A DNA stretch of 64,000 bases. Origin: Macrostomum hystrix (taxonomy: Eukaryota > Animalia > Platyhelminthes). The stretch lies in assembly GCA_950097015.1 (NCBI GenBank), contig CATNEN010000039.1, positions 11,656,001-11,720,000 of the forward strand, given 5' to 3'. Made by a program: the position numbers and the translations under genes. Of this stretch, positions 62,601 to 64,000 are shown one piece after another. A model generated the notes under the pieces. The model saw nothing but the letters and a program-made list of their open reading frames with translations, searched no databases and was not told the origin of the DNA. Positions within the stretch are counted from its first letter, which is position 1. Every line of letters starts with the position of its first letter.

Positions 62601-63991
62601 GTATGATTTCTCCCGTCTCATCTCTCCCCTGTCTCATCTCACTCCTGTCTCACCTTCCCCTGTCTCATCCCTCCTATGTCTCATCCCTCCCATGTCTCAT
62701 CTCTCCGTTGCATGATCTCTTCCGTCTCATTTTTTTCCCTGTCTCATCCCTCCCATGTCGTATCTCTCCCCTGTCTCATCTCTCCTCCATTTCGTTTATC
62801 TCCTTTCTCATTTCCCCAGTCGAATAAAGAAATGACTATGCAGCAGTCTTCCTCCAGTGCCCCTGCTTAAGGAGACAAGGAATTGGCAGTTTAGTTTTTT
62901 CGAATCGCTCGCTAATCTCTCTAGATTCCTCTTTGAGCTTTCTGCTTCAAAGACAGTAAGACAGACAGAGGAGGTAGAGGGGGGGGGGCAGAGAGACACG
63001 AAAGGCCGAGAAGGAGAACGAAAAAGTATGCGGAGATCGTGCAGGCTAGTATTTAGATTACTCCCGCGGGCTTCCGAGAGAGATAGAAGGGGCACAGTGG
63101 CGGAGTGAATTTCCATATTTGATGACAAGCCGGGTTGAGTAGACTCATGTTCTCTTATGCCGCGGTCGGATGGCTATCAGTCCTTGCTGGTCATGTCCAG
63201 ATAATTCCGCTTTACTGCTTAAACGAGCTCTCGGGATTAGCTGTGTGGGAGCTTGTAGCCCAGTATTCAGGACTTTGCACAGTCCACAGACTGGGCAGCT
63301 GTGCACAGCCTATGAAAAGTCCGCGCATTCGCTGCTATAGTAACTCTGGCTCTACATCTGCCCAACTAGGCTAGATGTAGTTTATCTTCGAGCGCATTAT
63401 ATATATTCTACGATTGTTATATGATTGGTTGAAGATGTAGGAGCTGGGATAGGATAGGATAGTTTTAGAAGTGACTTTTTGTGGAATTTGAGGATTCTGG
63501 GATTTGAGGATTCTGGGATTTGAGGATTCTGGGATTTGAGGATTCTGGGATTTGAGGATTCTGGGATTTGAGGATTCTGGGATTTGAGGATTCTGGGATT
63601 TGAGGATTCTGGGATTTGAGGATTCTAGAAGTGACTTTTTGTGGAAGTTGGGGATTTTGGGATTTGAGGATCCGATAAGTGACCTTTTCTGGAATGTGAA
63701 AAGTCTGGGAAGAGAGACTTTTGCGGAGTTTGAGACTTTTTTATTTGAGGATAAAAAAATGATACTTCAAGAAATCGGGGCTTTTCACTTGCATCCGCCT
63801 TTATTCACAATCGCATCCACATCTGAACCCAAAAATTTCAGTGAAAATTCTAGATGGCAACGAGCGAGCTGCTGGAGTTCTCGCAACTTTGGCGCACGAC
63901 GATGTCAGCCTGCCGCGGCCAGCCGAGCTCCAAGCCTTTGAGCATCTTCAGCTGGACAAAAAGTCTATTGGCGTGTGGGTTGATCCCATTG
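59690..63991 (+). CDS. INPP1: Inositol polyphosphate 1-phosphatase, 5' part (continues beyond the window)
   Basis: AEKSAEMARAIRREEALFQLLIEEK, DFKTLADVIIQE, FPG...GEENNKFTN, GVWVDPI(D) metal-binding motif; exons 59690-59899, 61111-61228, 63842-63991. Confidence 0.93.
60030..60810. repeat. 12-bp minisatellite with degenerate flanks (59910-61080)
   Basis: Unit caccaatcaatt. Confidence 0.97.
61600..62800. repeat. Pyrimidine-rich 14-16-bp minisatellite
   Basis: Unit cccgtctcatctct / ccctgtctcatctctc; reverse complement of the 910-1380 family. Confidence 0.95.
63488..63626. repeat. 17-bp minisatellite x8
   Basis: Unit tgaggattctgggattt. Confidence 0.95.
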
Positions 63992-64000
63992 GTGAGAGTT

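Overview
Eukaryotic (animal) genomic DNA with spliceosomal introns. CAG/polyQ-rich exons, minisatellite-packed introns and tRNA-derived SINEs suggest an invertebrate such as the flatworm Macrostomum; this is an inference and was not verified. Genes assembled by hand from splice signals and reading-frame phase: E-protein/daughterless-class bHLH factor (+, 129-6106), intronless RRM2 (-), SETDB1 (-), a tetraspanin (-), a FAM193-like gene (+), PKA regulatory subunit type II (+), SAXO/FAM154 (+) and the 5' part of INPP1 (+). About 20 tandem arrays, two SINE families, several dispersed repeats and DNA-transposon relics fill the introns and intergenic space. Most long ORFs in the ORF track are artefacts of these repeats. 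The most notable signal is a tandemly duplicated HLH exon pair in the E-protein gene whose splice phases force mutually exclusive use, reminiscent of vertebrate E12/E47 but with a different exon boundary. Also notable: a CpG-depleted, TAGGCCTA-rich 6 kb block containing a Merlin element nested in a mariner-like element, and a GC-AG intron in INPP1.
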